Notes: a model not told the origin generated them from the letters alone. 64,000 nucleotides of DNA from an uncultured Chloroflexia bacterium (GCA_963814375.1 CAWFCQ010000008.1:1-64000); one strand, 5' to 3'. Positions 40,956 through 51,040 are shown, counted from the first letter of the stretch. Program-made: numbers and translations.

Positions 40956-41762
40956 ATGGATGACCTGCTGCCGATCGGCCGCTTCGCGCGGCTGGCCGGG
41001 CTGAGCATCGGCGCCCTGCGGCACTACCACGAGCTCGGGCTGCTCGAGCCGGCGCGCGTCGATCCCGACACGTCGTACCGCTCGTACGCCCGCGCTCAGC
41101 TCGACGATGCGCGCCTCATCGCTCGACTGCGGGAGCTCGACCTGGCTCTGCCCGAAATCCGGGCCATCCTCGGCGCGAATGCCTCCGATCGCCGGCGGCT
41201 GCTTGGCGCGCATCGGTCCCGGCTGATGGCGCTCCAGGCGCGCGTCAATCGACAGATTCACTGGCTCAACCGGGCCATCGACCACGAGGAGCCGATCATG
41301 ACCGCTTCGACACCCGCGACCCTCGACGCCGTCGACCGACGCCAGCTGGCGGTCGACCTCTTCAACCACGTCTGGACGCTGCTCGAGAAGACCGATCGCA
41401 CGCCGATGCAGGACGACGAGATGCTCCACGCCGCGCATGCCTCGCGTTACCACTGGGGCGAGGTGGGGGAGCCAGTCAACTTCGCACGCGGCGAGTGGCA
41501 GTGCTCGCGCGTCTACGCGGTCCTCGGTCGCTCGGAGCCGGCCTTGTGGCATGCACGCCGCTGCCTTGCGATCTGCGAGGAGCACGGCATCGGCGACTTC
41601 GATATCGCCTTCGCGTGGGAGGCGATCGCGCGGGGGTCGGCCGTTGCGGGCGACCGCGCCGCGGCGGATGTGGCCCTCGCCCGGGCCCGAGAGCTCGCCG
41701 ACGGCATCGCCGAGGACGAGGACCGCGAGCTCCTCGACAGCGACCTGGGGACGATCGGTTGA
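40956..41762 (+). CDS. MerR family regulator with C-terminal helical domain
   Basis: IGRFARLAGLSIGALRHYHELGLL.P..VD..T.YR.Y; C-terminal FNHVW...HASRYHW domain. Confidence 0.9.
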   Translation: MDDLLPIGRFARLAGLSIGALRHYHELGLLEPARVDPDTSYRSYARAQLDDARLIARLRELDLALPEIRAILGANASDRRRLLGAHRSRLMALQARVNRQIHWLNRAIDHEEPIMTASTPATLDAVDRRQLAVDLFNHVWTLLEKTDRTPMQDDEMLHAAHASRYHWGEVGEPVNFARGEWQCSRVYAVLGRSEPALWHARRCLAICEEHGIGDFDIAFAWEAIARGSAVAGDRAAADVALARARELADGIAEDEDRELLDSDLGTIG

Positions 41763-41806
41763 GCCGCGTGGACGCGGAGACGCCATCGGCCTAGGCTGGC
41801 GCGACG

Positions 41807-43840
41807 ATGAGCACGATCCGCTACTCGAGATGGGATGGCAGCCAGCAGCTGCCGGCGTTCGATGCGGACGACGTGCTCGACGCGCTCTCGGACGACATCC
41901 TGGCGGAGGGAGACGTGCGGCGAGCGCTGCAGCGGCTCATGCAGCGAGGGCTGCGCGGCACGCGCGGCGGTGACGTTCCGGGGCTGCGCCGGATCATGGA
42001 GCGGCTGCGCGCTCGGCGGCAGCAGGAGCTGGACCGATCCAACCTCGAGGGCGTGCTCGGCGACCTCAACCAGCGAATGGACGAGATCCTGGACCAGGAG
42101 CGTGCCGGGATCGAGCGGCGCACGAAGGAGGCCGAGCAGCGAGCGCTCGACGCGCCGCCCGGCGAGGAGCAGGATGCCGCCCGCATGGCGGAGCAGGTCT
42201 TGCGGCGGACGGCTCGGCAGCGCGAGAACCGGCTGGATGCGCTGCCGCCGAACCTCGCCGGCCGCCTCAACGGCCTGCGCGACTACGAGTTCATGGACGA
42301 CGCCGCGCGCGATGCCTTCAACGAGCTCACCGACGAGCTGCGCCAGCAGATGCTCCAGACCTACTTCCAGGGGCTCAAGGAGGGTGTCGAGCGCATCACG
42401 CCGGAGGATCTCGACGGTGTCCGCGAGATGGTCCGCGACCTCAACGCGCTCCTCGAGAAGCACGCGACCGGCGCGGATACGACCGACGAGTTCGGGGCCT
42501 TCATGGCGAAGCACGGCCACTACTTCCCGCCGGGGCTGACGAGCACCGATGAGCTGATCGAGCACCTCCACCGGCAGGCGTCCCAGATGGCGAGCCTCCT
42601 CAACAGCATGAGCCCCCAGATGCGCGACGAGCTGCGCGACCTGATGGACGACCTGCTGCGCGACGACCGGCTGCGGATCGACATGGCGCGGCTGGCAGGC
42701 AACCTCCAGGCGGCGCGCCCGGAGCTTCCCTTCGGCGATCCCTACCCCTTCGAGGGTGATGAGCCGCTCGGCCTGGCCGATGCGATGGCCGCCATCGACC
42801 GCCAGCAGCAGTACGACGCGATGGAGGAGGCGCTGGGGGCAGCGCGCGATCCCGACGCCCTGGAGCGCGTCGATCCCGAGTCGCTGCGGGACCTCGCCGG
42901 CGATGACGCCATCGACGACCTGGATCAGCTCAAGGAGCTGACCCGCACCCTGGAGGACGCGGGATACCTCGACCGGGAGGGCGGGCACCTCGAGCTGACA
43001 CCGCGGGCCGCCCGCAAGCTCGGGATGCGCGCCCTGACCGACATCTTCAGCCGCCTGCGTCGTGAAGGCTTCGGCGGCCACGCCCTGCCGACGCCGGGGC
43101 GTGGAGGGGAGCCGACCGATGAGACGAAGCGCTACGAGTTCGGCGACGCCTTCTCGGTCGACATCAACCGCACGCTGTTCAACGCCATGGCGCGCGGCGG
43201 GCCGGGCACGCCCGTGGCAATCAGACCGGAGGACTTCGAGGTGTCGCGCACGGAGGAGACGACCGTCTCGTCGACCGTCCTGCTGCTCGACATGAGCCGA
43301 TCGATGCTGCTGCGCGGGTGCTCATCGGCCGCCAAGCGGGTGGCAATGGCGCTCCACACGCTCATCCACACGAAGTACCCGCGCGATCGGCTGTATGTCG
43401 TCGGCTTCGCGTACTACGCGCGGCAGCTGAAGCCGGAGTCGATCCCGACCCTCTCGCCGTACGAGTTCGAGTACGGCACGAACCTCCAGCACGCGCTGAT
43501 CATCGCTCGTCAGCTGCTCGGCCGATCCACCGGCGGCAACAAGGAGATCGTCGTCATCACCGATGGCGAGCCGACCGCCCACATCGAGAGCGGCCAGGTC
43601 GAGTTCGCCTACCCGCCGACCCTGCGCACGGTGCAGTCGACCCTGCGCGAGGTGGGCCGATGCACCCGCGAGGGCATCGTCATCAACACGTTCATGCTCG
43701 AGCGGTCGCGCTACCTCTCCGAGTTCGTGGACCTCATGTCGCGCATCAACCGCGGGCGCGCCTTCTACGTCGAGCCCGAGCACCTGGGCGAGTACGTGCT
43801 GGTCGACTACGTCAGCAAGAAGACGAAGCGCGTCGCTTAG
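41807..43840 (+). CDS. VWA domain protein with long helical N-terminus
   Basis: RYSRWDGSQ, LLDMSRSM MIDAS, TNLQHAL, ITDGEPTAH. Confidence 0.9.
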   Translation: MSTIRYSRWDGSQQLPAFDADDVLDALSDDILAEGDVRRALQRLMQRGLRGTRGGDVPGLRRIMERLRARRQQELDRSNLEGVLGDLNQRMDEILDQERAGIERRTKEAEQRALDAPPGEEQDAARMAEQVLRRTARQRENRLDALPPNLAGRLNGLRDYEFMDDAARDAFNELTDELRQQMLQTYFQGLKEGVERITPEDLDGVREMVRDLNALLEKHATGADTTDEFGAFMAKHGHYFPPGLTSTDELIEHLHRQASQMASLLNSMSPQMRDELRDLMDDLLRDDRLRIDMARLAGNLQAARPELPFGDPYPFEGDEPLGLADAMAAIDRQQQYDAMEEALGAARDPDALERVDPESLRDLAGDDAIDDLDQLKELTRTLEDAGYLDREGGHLELTPRAARKLGMRALTDIFSRLRREGFGGHALPTPGRGGEPTDETKRYEFGDAFSVDINRTLFNAMARGGPGTPVAIRPEDFEVSRTEETTVSSTVLLLDMSRSMLLRGCSSAAKRVAMALHTLIHTKYPRDRLYVVGFAYYARQLKPESIPTLSPYEFEYGTNLQHALIIARQLLGRSTGGNKEIVVITDGEPTAHIESGQVEFAYPPTLRTVQSTLREVGRCTREGIVINTFMLERSRYLSEFVDLMSRINRGRAFYVEPEHLGEYVLVDYVSKKTKRVA

Positions 43841-44339
43841 CCCGCCGGGCCCCCAGGCGCGAGATCAGCAGCGGGATCACGGCGCTGAACGTCCCGATGA
43901 TCGCGCCCACGACGATCGAGATGAGAATCCAGCTGACGTATGCGCCGATGACCGCGCCGAGGTCGACATGGCCGACCAGCAGCTCGGCCGCGATGAGGAG
44001 CGCGACGTTCACCTCCATCGCCACGATGCCGGCCCACATGCACGTCCACCACACACGCCCCGAGTCGTCCTGCCGAATCGTCATGAAGCTGACGCGCGAC
44101 TCATCCGCTTCTCGATCTCGGGAGCTCCTCAGCAGTCGGTCACCGGCCAGAATCGCCGCCGCGACGACGGCGAGGTACTGGAGCACAAGCGCAATCGGGG
44201 CTAGCTCGATCCGGCCCTGGCTCGTCACCGTCCAGGTGGCCGCGCTCACTCCCCAGGTGACGACCAGCCCGAGGAGATAGAGCGTGAGGTGCGGATGCGC
44301 ACCGCTCGTCGCTGTGGTCCGGGCGATCACGCCGCTCAT
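43812..44339 (-). CDS. Hypothetical membrane protein (4 TM)
   Basis: Four hydrophobic segments. Confidence 0.65.
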   Translation of the reverse strand: MSGVIARTTATSGAHPHLTLYLLGLVVTWGVSAATWTVTSQGRIELAPIALVLQYLAVVAAAILAGDRLLRSSRDREADESRVSFMTIRQDDSGRVWWTCMWAGIVAMEVNVALLIAAELLVGHVDLGAVIGAYVSWILISIVVGAIIGTFSAVIPLLISRLGARRAKRRASSSC

Positions 44340-44385
44340 GACTCGGATCCTCGAGCGACTGTGCATCGCGCTGCCACGCGGACAG

Positions 44386-44515
44386 ATTCACATGGGGTGG
44401 GCGCTATGTCGACGAACGTCGCACCAACGGCACAGATCGGCATCAGATGCACATGCCACGTGAATTTGAACGTCTCATGGCTCGTTTCTCGGCGTTACGC
44501 CCGTGCCATGTGAAT
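44386..44515. repeat. 130-bp element with ATTCACATGG terminal inverted repeats and an internal palindrome
   Basis: ATTCACATGG-N3-GGGCG ... CGCCC-N3-CCATGTGAAT; internal ATGCACATG-C-CACGTGAAT at 44447-44465. Confidence 0.7.
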
Positions 44516-44556
44516 TCGACTCGCTTCGAACGGCGCAATGTTGATCCGGGACGGGT

Positions 44557-44781
44557 CTACGTGCCGCGGCGCTCGTTGCCGCGCTTGAAGTTCCCGGTCG
44601 CGCGGGCCATGAGCTGCTGCGCTGCGGCGGGGTCCACGCCATCGATCCGGTCCGCGAAGCGCAACGCCGCCTTTCCGCGCAGGAGCGTCACGGGCGCCGC
44701 GTGGTAGCGGATCACGATGGATCCATCGGCGCGCGAGAGGAAGCTGAACGGCTCGCTGGCGAGCGGGTCGGGGGCGACCAT
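44557..44781 (-). CDS. Small conserved hypothetical protein
   Basis: PFSF...DG.I.I....VT.LRG..A..F...QQLMARATGNFKRGNER. Confidence 0.75.
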   Translation of the reverse strand: MVAPDPLASEPFSFLSRADGSIVIRYHAAPVTLLRGKAALRFADRIDGVDPAAAQQLMARATGNFKRGNERRGT

Positions 44782-44834
44782 GGGCGACCACGATACCGCG
44801 CCCGACAAGGCGCTCCGGCTGCCAGAATCGGGCC

Positions 44835-45750
44835 ATGTCACGACCGCTGAAGGTGGGGATCCAGCTGCCCGAGGTCGAGCGCCCCGTCGGGTGGAGCGAG
44901 CTGCGCGAGATGGCAACGACCGCGGAGCGCATCGGCCTCGACTCGATCTGGGTCGGCGACCATCTCCTCTACCGCGACGACGGCCGGCCCGCCGCGCGGC
45001 CCGTGGGAGGTCTGGTCCATCCTGGCCGCGCTCGCCGCTGTCACGGAGCGGGTCGAGCTCGGTCCGCTGGTCGCGTCCACCAGCTTCCACAACCCCGCGA
45101 TGCTGGCGAAGAAGGCCGCGACCGTCGACGAGATCAGCAACGGCCGGCTCATCCTCGGCCTCGGTGCCGGCTGGAATCGCACGGAGTACGACGCCTACGG
45201 CTTCGCGTACGACCATCGGATCAGCCGATTCGAGGAGGCGTTCACGATCATCCGCGAGCTCCTGGCCACCGGCCGCTGCGACTTCGACGGCGCCTACTAC
45301 CGCCTCACCGACTGCGAGCTTCTGCCGCGCGGCCCACGGGCTGGTGGGCCGCCGCTCATGGTCGGGTCGACCGGCGAGCGAATGCTCGGCATCACGCTGC
45401 CGCACGTGGCCGCCTGGAACGCGTGGTTCGCCTCCTTCGGCAACGACGTGGACCGGTACCGCGTGCTTCACGAACGGATCGATGCCGCGTGCCGGGCGGT
45501 CGGGCGCGACCCGGGCGAGGTCGAGCGGACCGTGGCACTCCTCGTCGCCTTCCCCGACGCGGTCGGCCGCCAGTGGGGCTACGGCGACGACGGCCCGGTC
45601 GAGCCGATTCCAAGCGACCCGGCGATCCTGTCGGCGCGTCTTCGCGAGTTCGCCGATGCCGGGGTCGCGCACGTCCAGCTCGTGCTCGACCCGATCACGA
45701 CGGACAGCGTCGCCACGCTCGGCCCGACCCTCGCGGCCCTGGACGGCTGA
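44835..45750 (+). CDS. LLM-class flavin-dependent oxidoreductase; frameshift near 44995
   Basis: DSIWVGDHL, LAKKAATVDEISNGRLILGLGAGW. Confidence 0.88.
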
Positions 45751-45763
45751 TACCATCCGGGCC

Positions 45764-46174
45764 ATGCAGCCCAGCCCCGAAACCGATGATTCGTCGAGCC
45801 TGCCGGTCGGGCGCGCCGGGCGCCTCGAGGCAGCCGGGCTGAGCGCGGCGGGCGACCACGCGGTCCTCGTCCGCGAGACCGAAGGCGGCCGGGCGCGAGC
45901 GCTGTTGACGACCGACAAGCTGCCGGCCGGCGAACGGCTGGTGGTCATGCCCTTCGACGATGAGGTCGACATTCGTGTCGACGGCGATGCCCTCGCCGTC
46001 TGGCTCGGCGCCGGCTCGACGATCGAGCTGCCTCGCGAGCAGCGGCCGCTCCCCGAAGCCGGCGTCCCCTTCTGGGCAACCGTGGTGGGCGGGGCCCTTC
46101 TGCTGCTCGTGCTCGCCTTCGCCGTCATCGGCTCGATGGTGGTCTGGTCGTACGTGCTGGCCCTGCTGACGTGA
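45764..46174 (+). CDS. Hypothetical protein with C-terminal TM
   Basis: ORF fills the operon gap; hydrophobic C-terminus. Confidence 0.65.
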   Translation: MQPSPETDDSSSLPVGRAGRLEAAGLSAAGDHAVLVRETEGGRARALLTTDKLPAGERLVVMPFDDEVDIRVDGDALAVWLGAGSTIELPREQRPLPEAGVPFWATVVGGALLLLVLAFAVIGSMVVWSYVLALLT

Positions 46175-46473
46175 GCGAGACGCAGGTCCGCCCGCCCGAG
46201 GCCGGACTGGCGGCGATGCGCATCGGCCTCGAGTTCGGTGCGCCCGACGCATTCGCCGACCTCTTCGAGCGCGCGCTGGCACGTGGTGGCGAGCAGGGGG
46301 CGAGCCTCGTCGCGCTCCTCGATCGCGGCGAGCTGGCCATTCACCTGCCACGCATCGACGGGCCGAGCTGGAACGCCGTCCCGCTCTTCCACCTTCACCG
46401 CGGCGAGACGCCCACCGCGGAGGACTGGGCAACGACGAGCGCCGTCCTCGAGAAGCTCGAGCGGTATCGCTAG
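46171..46473 (+). CDS. Hypothetical protein
   Basis: GTGA-coupled 100-aa ORF within the operon. Confidence 0.7.
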   Translation: MSETQVRPPEAGLAAMRIGLEFGAPDAFADLFERALARGGEQGASLVALLDRGELAIHLPRIDGPSWNAVPLFHLHRGETPTAEDWATTSAVLEKLERYR

Positions 46474-46476
46474 CCG

Positions 46477-47322
46477 ATGCGGATCTACCTCTCGGTTGAC
46501 ATGGAGGGCCTTGCCGGGGTCGCCCACGCTGCCCAGGTCTCCTTCGGCGGCGACACCGATCGCGCCGACTACGACCGCAGCCGCGGCCTCATGGCGGGGG
46601 AGGCGAACGCCGCGATCGGCGCGGCATTCGAGGCCGGCGCGACCGACGTGGTGGTCAACGACAGCCACTGGCAGATGCGCAACCTGCGCGCCGAGGACCT
46701 CGATCCGCGAGCGCGCCTCGTCATCGGCGACAAGCCGCTGAGCATGACCCAGGCGATCGGTGGCGACGCCGACGGGACCTTCGCGGCGGCGGCCTTCATC
46801 GGCTACCACGCCGGCGCCGGCAATCCGACCGGCGTGATCGCGCACACGTACTCGTCGGCGACCGTGCTCGAGCTGCGCGTCAACGGCGCGCCGCACAACG
46901 AGGCCGGCATCAACGCCATCCGTCTCGGCCACTTCGGCGTGCCGGTGGCGCTCGTCGCGGGCGACGACGCGCTGGCCGCGGAGGTCGAGACGCTGCTGCC
47001 CTGGGCGGAGCGGGTCGTCGTCAAGCGCGCGCTCGGCTACAGCGCCGCCGACTCGCTGCCACCGGATGCCGCGCGGGCCGCGATCGCAGAGGGGATGAAG
47101 AGGGCCATCGGTCGCATCGGCGAGATGAAGGCATACCGGCCCGCGTCGCCCCTGCGGGCCGAGGTCGACCTGCGCCTGCCGGTGATGGCCGATTACGCGG
47201 CGGTCCTGCCCGAGGTCGAGCGCATCGGCGGACGGACGGTCGCATTCGGTGCCGATGACGGCGACGCACTCTATCGGCGCTTCCTGGCCGTCACCCGGTT
47301 GGCCGCCACACCGGCCTCCTGA
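46477..47322 (+). CDS. M55 family D-aminopeptidase (DppA-like)
   Basis: SVDMEG, VNDSH, IGYHA, AHT, GDD. Confidence 0.9.
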   Translation: MRIYLSVDMEGLAGVAHAAQVSFGGDTDRADYDRSRGLMAGEANAAIGAAFEAGATDVVVNDSHWQMRNLRAEDLDPRARLVIGDKPLSMTQAIGGDADGTFAAAAFIGYHAGAGNPTGVIAHTYSSATVLELRVNGAPHNEAGINAIRLGHFGVPVALVAGDDALAAEVETLLPWAERVVVKRALGYSAADSLPPDAARAAIAEGMKRAIGRIGEMKAYRPASPLRAEVDLRLPVMADYAAVLPEVERIGGRTVAFGADDGDALYRRFLAVTRLAATPAS

Positions 47323-47332
47323 GGCCAGCGGC

Positions 47333-47833
47333 GTGGACGAGGAGGAGCGCACCCGGCTGCGTGGCCTGATGGGCCGCTTCGCCACCGGCGTGACCGTGGT
47401 CGCAGCACGACACGGGCCACTGCTGGCCGGCATGACCGCCAACGCCATCGCCACCATCAGCATCGACCCGCCCCTGATGATGGCCAGCATCGCGCGCAAG
47501 GCCGAGACTCACGGCGCAATCATCGGCTCGCATGCGTTCGCGGTCAGCGTCCTGGCCGATGACCAGCGCGCGCTGGCCGAGTGCTTCGCGCGGCCCACCA
47601 CGGCGCGCAAGCTGACCCGCTTCTGCGACGCCGCCTGGCACGAGGCCGAGACCGGGTCGCCGATCCTGGAGGGAGCGCTCGCCTATTTCGACTGCCGCCT
47701 CACCGAGCACCACGACGGTGGGGACCACGCCATCTTCCTCGGCGAGATCGTGTCCGCCAGCTACCGCGAGGACGCGGAGCCGCTCATCTGGTACGCGTCG
47801 GGCTATCGAGCCCTGGCAGGTCCCGGTCCTTGA
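47333..47833 (+). CDS. Flavin reductase family protein
   Basis: GRFATGVTVV, GMTAN, S.DPP, GGDH.IF.GE. Confidence 0.9.
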   Translation: MDEEERTRLRGLMGRFATGVTVVAARHGPLLAGMTANAIATISIDPPLMMASIARKAETHGAIIGSHAFAVSVLADDQRALAECFARPTTARKLTRFCDAAWHEAETGSPILEGALAYFDCRLTEHHDGGDHAIFLGEIVSASYREDAEPLIWYASGYRALAGPGP

Positions 47834-49394
47834 GGATCTGGCTCGCCGCGAGCCGTCCCGGCGCTCCGATCACGCAGCCTCCCGGGTGGGTGCCCGAGCC
47901 GCACTGGTAGTAGCCGGCGATGGGGGTGCGGTACTGCGACCAGCCCGGCGCCGGACGGAAGAAGAACATCTGGGGCGCCAGGAACTCGCCGGCGAAGATG
48001 TTTCCCTCCGAAAGGCCGACGGTACGCTCGATGTCGAGCGGCGTGACGATCTCGCGCTGGAGGACGAGATCCCCGAATCCGGGGAAGTGGCGCTCGAGCG
48101 TTGCCTGCACCCGGTCCGCCATCGGCTCGCGCTCGGCGTCCCAGTCACTCTCACGCAGCTCGTACGGGGTGTACTGCACGAAGCAGGAGAGGACGTGCTG
48201 GCCGGGCGGCGCCATGTCCGGGTCGATCGTCGACTGGATCGCGCAGTCGATGTAGGGATGCTCGCTGTACCAGCCGTACTTCGCGTCGTCGAAGGCATGC
48301 TCGAGGTAGTCGATCGACGGGCCGATGTTCATGAAGCCGCGGTACAGGTCCGGCCGCGCTCCGAGCTCCGGGTGCGACGGCAGCGCGTCCAGCGCGAAGT
48401 TCACCTTGGAGCTGACGCCCCGGAACTTGAGACGGCGGATGTCCTCGACCATGTCGTCGGGCAGCTCGCGGGGGTCGACCAGCTCCAGGAACGTGCGCCG
48501 CGGGTCCAGCGCGCTGACCACGAGATCAGCGGCGAACTCGGTCCCATCGGCCAGCGCCACGCCGGTCGCCTCGCCATCTCGGGTGAGGACGCGCTCGACG
48601 GGCGACTCGGTCCGGATCTCGGCGCCGAACGACGTGGCCGCGCGGGCAAGGACCTGCGTGAATCCGCCATTCCCGCCCTTGTGGAAGGCCCACGAGCCGA
48701 ACTCGCCGTCATGCTCACCCAGCGAGTGGAAGAGCAGCACGAGCCCCGAGCCCTGCGAGCGCGGTCCGACCTTCGAGCCGATGATCGACGACGAGGCGAG
48801 GTAGCCCTTGAGCAGCGGCGATTCGAAGTAGTCGTCGAGGAAGTCGGCGGCGCTGCCGGTGAGCAGCCGGACCGCGTTGTGCAGCGTCCGCTTGTCCAGG
48901 CCACGCAGCCGCGAGCCGAGCGCCGCCAGGCCGACCAGCTCCTCCGGGTCGTCGCTGAAGAGGTCGGGGGGCACCGTGTCGAGCAGCGGCTTGATCGCCT
49001 GGCAGACGCGCTCGAGATCATGGCTGTACTGCTCGTACCCGTCGGCGTCGTGGGGAGAGATGCGGGCGATCTCGCGCAGCGTCTCGTCGTGATCGCGGTT
49101 GAAGAGCAGGTACTCGCCGTCCTCGCCGGGCGCGAAACGGGTCGCCATGAGCAACGGCAGGAAGCCATGGCGGGTCAGCTCGAGCTCCTGGATGATCTGC
49201 GGCCGGAGCAGCGAGAGGGCGTAGCTGAAGGTCGTGAACCAGAAGCCGGGCCGAAGCTCCTCGGTGATGGCGGCGCCGCCGACCAGGTGCCGGCGCTCCA
49301 GGATCAGCGTCCTCAGCCCGGCCCTGGCCAGGTAGGCGCCGTTGACCAACCCGTTGTGGCCGCCGCCGACGACGATCGCGTCGTATCGGTCCAT
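47784..49394 (-). CDS. Phytoene-dehydrogenase-like FAD oxidoreductase (PYROXD2-like)
   Basis: GGGHNGL, GGAAITEE, TPLD.E, GNIF, GSGTHPGG. Confidence 0.9.
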   Translation of the reverse strand: MDRYDAIVVGGGHNGLVNGAYLARAGLRTLILERRHLVGGAAITEELRPGFWFTTFSYALSLLRPQIIQELELTRHGFLPLLMATRFAPGEDGEYLLFNRDHDETLREIARISPHDADGYEQYSHDLERVCQAIKPLLDTVPPDLFSDDPEELVGLAALGSRLRGLDKRTLHNAVRLLTGSAADFLDDYFESPLLKGYLASSSIIGSKVGPRSQGSGLVLLFHSLGEHDGEFGSWAFHKGGNGGFTQVLARAATSFGAEIRTESPVERVLTRDGEATGVALADGTEFAADLVVSALDPRRTFLELVDPRELPDDMVEDIRRLKFRGVSSKVNFALDALPSHPELGARPDLYRGFMNIGPSIDYLEHAFDDAKYGWYSEHPYIDCAIQSTIDPDMAPPGQHVLSCFVQYTPYELRESDWDAEREPMADRVQATLERHFPGFGDLVLQREIVTPLDIERTVGLSEGNIFAGEFLAPQMFFFRPAPGWSQYRTPIAGYYQCGSGTHPGGCVIGAPGRLAASQILKDRDLPGLDSPTRTR

Positions 49395-50593
49395 CAGGCG
49401 GTCTTGCGCTCGGGGTTGTAGAGGGGCAGCCGCGCGACGTGCGCCGCCACCTGCTGGTAGTGATGGTCCACGGTGAACTCCAGGAAGACGCGGGTGCCGG
49501 CCTTGCCGAGGTCGGGTCGCACGCGGGCCAGCGCGACGTGCTGCTGCAGCACCGGCGAGTACATGATGCTGGTCGCGTAGCCCACGCGTGTCCGATCTGC
49601 GTCGTAGACCATCCAATCCTCGTGAACCGGCCGGTGGTCCTTGGGCGGAATGAGGCCGGCGCCGCTGTAGACCCGGTCGTAGTCCTGCCAGTCGACGACC
49701 AATCCCACCATCCGCCAGCGTGACGCCTTCTCCGCGCGCTCGCGCTCCAGCGCCCGCCTCCCGATGAACGGCCGGCCGTCCTCCTCCATCCCCTTGAACA
49801 TCCACGCCCAGCCGAGCTCCAGCGGGGTGGACCGATGCGAGTCGTTGAAGGCGAAGCGGCTCGAGTCGAAGTCGGCGCCGAGGAGCAGCAGCCCGGCCTC
49901 GATGCGCAGCATGTACAGCGCGCCCATCCCGTAGGGCAGCATGCCGTGGCCATCGGCGGCATCCCAGACGGCGTCCCAGACGGTCACCGCATCCGGCGCG
50001 TCGACCCAGATCTCGTACCCGAGGTCGCCGGTGTAGCCCGTGCGGCTCACGGTGACGGTCCGCCCGCCGATGGTGCCGGTCGCGATCCCGAAGAACGGCA
50101 GCTCGGTCACGGCCGGCACCAGGCGAGCCAGCAGGTCGCGGGATCGCGGGCCCTGCACCGCCAGCGTCCCGATGTCCGTGCTGACCTCCTCGACCGTGAC
50201 CGCCAGCCGGCCGACCCGGTCGGCGAACCAGGCGAAGTTCGGCTCCGCCGCCGTCAGGAGGAACTCGTCGGCACCGCGGTGCTGGATGACCCCGTCCTCC
50301 AGGACGAAGCCGCGTTCGTCGAGCCAGGTCGTGTACTGGGCGTTCCAGGGCGGGCAGCGGCGAATGTCGCGCGCCAGCATGCCGGACAGGAACCGCTCGG
50401 CGTCGCGTCCCGCGATGCGGTACTTGTACAGCGGCGAGGTGTCGAAGATGCCAACGCTGTTGCGGACGGCGAAATACTCGAACTTGTCCGATGCCTGGTA
50501 ACGGGTCACGACCATGTGCCCGGACCAGTGCTGCCAGAGGCCGGTCTCGTTCAGCGCGCTGGTGCGCTCATGGAATGGCGTCGTACGGATCAT
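49394..50593 (-). CDS. Aminomethyltransferase (GcvT-like) family protein
   Basis: EY.AVRN.VGIFD.S.L.K, QGP.S, RTGYTGDLGYE, LRIEAG. Confidence 0.9.
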   Translation of the reverse strand: MIRTTPFHERTSALNETGLWQHWSGHMVVTRYQASDKFEYFAVRNSVGIFDTSPLYKYRIAGRDAERFLSGMLARDIRRCPPWNAQYTTWLDERGFVLEDGVIQHRGADEFLLTAAEPNFAWFADRVGRLAVTVEEVSTDIGTLAVQGPRSRDLLARLVPAVTELPFFGIATGTIGGRTVTVSRTGYTGDLGYEIWVDAPDAVTVWDAVWDAADGHGMLPYGMGALYMLRIEAGLLLLGADFDSSRFAFNDSHRSTPLELGWAWMFKGMEEDGRPFIGRRALERERAEKASRWRMVGLVVDWQDYDRVYSGAGLIPPKDHRPVHEDWMVYDADRTRVGYATSIMYSPVLQQHVALARVRPDLGKAGTRVFLEFTVDHHYQQVAAHVARLPLYNPERKTA

Positions 50594-50662
50594 CGGTCGC
50601 GAGAATACTGGGACCGGCGGATCAGCGGCGCGCCTCCGACCGAAAGAGGCGTCAGCGTCAGC

Positions 50663-51040
50663 TCAGGTGGACTCGACCTGCGCCAGCTGCGCATCGACCG
50701 CCGCGACGAAATCGGTGAAGTCGAATGGCTTGCGCACGACAGGAGCGAGCGCCTCGAGCCGGTTCGCCTCCTCGTCGTCGATGGCGGTCACGAAGATGAC
50801 CGGGATGTCGCGATACTGCGGGCGCTCGCGAAGCGAGTGGAGGATCGTCGATCCGTACTCGTCGGGGAGGCGCTGGTCGAGGACGAGGAGGTCGGGAACC
50901 CTGCCCTCCTCGACGAGGGCGGTGTAGAGCTCCTCGGCGTCGCCGAAGCCGCGCACCTCGTGACCGAGCTCGGAGAGCACGGCGAGCATGGCGGTCCGGA
51001 TGTGATGCTCGTCGTCGACGACCCAGATCTGGTTGCTCAT
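50663..51040 (-). CDS. Single-domain response regulator
   Basis: VVDDE, LVLD, FVTA, KPF. Confidence 0.88.
   Translation of the reverse strand: MSNQIWVVDDEHHIRTAMLAVLSELGHEVRGFGDAEELYTALVEEGRVPDLLVLDQRLPDEYGSTILHSLRERPQYRDIPVIFVTAIDDEEANRLEALAPVVRKPFDFTDFVAAVDAQLAQVEST

Noticed and set aside
41-45000. Frameshifts in many genes as pseudogenes or programmed frameshifting
   Set aside because: They are isolated single-base breaks, several in short G/C runs, in otherwise intact genes including ordinary ones. Long-read indel error is more parsimonious.
44557-47499. 980-aa minus-strand ORF and similar long antisense ORFs (e.g. 26326..28485, 36234..38084, 58595..60256)
   Set aside because: These are shadow ORFs of high-GC coding sequence on the opposite strand, with no domain motifs. 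Only the last 74 aa of 44557..47499 look real.
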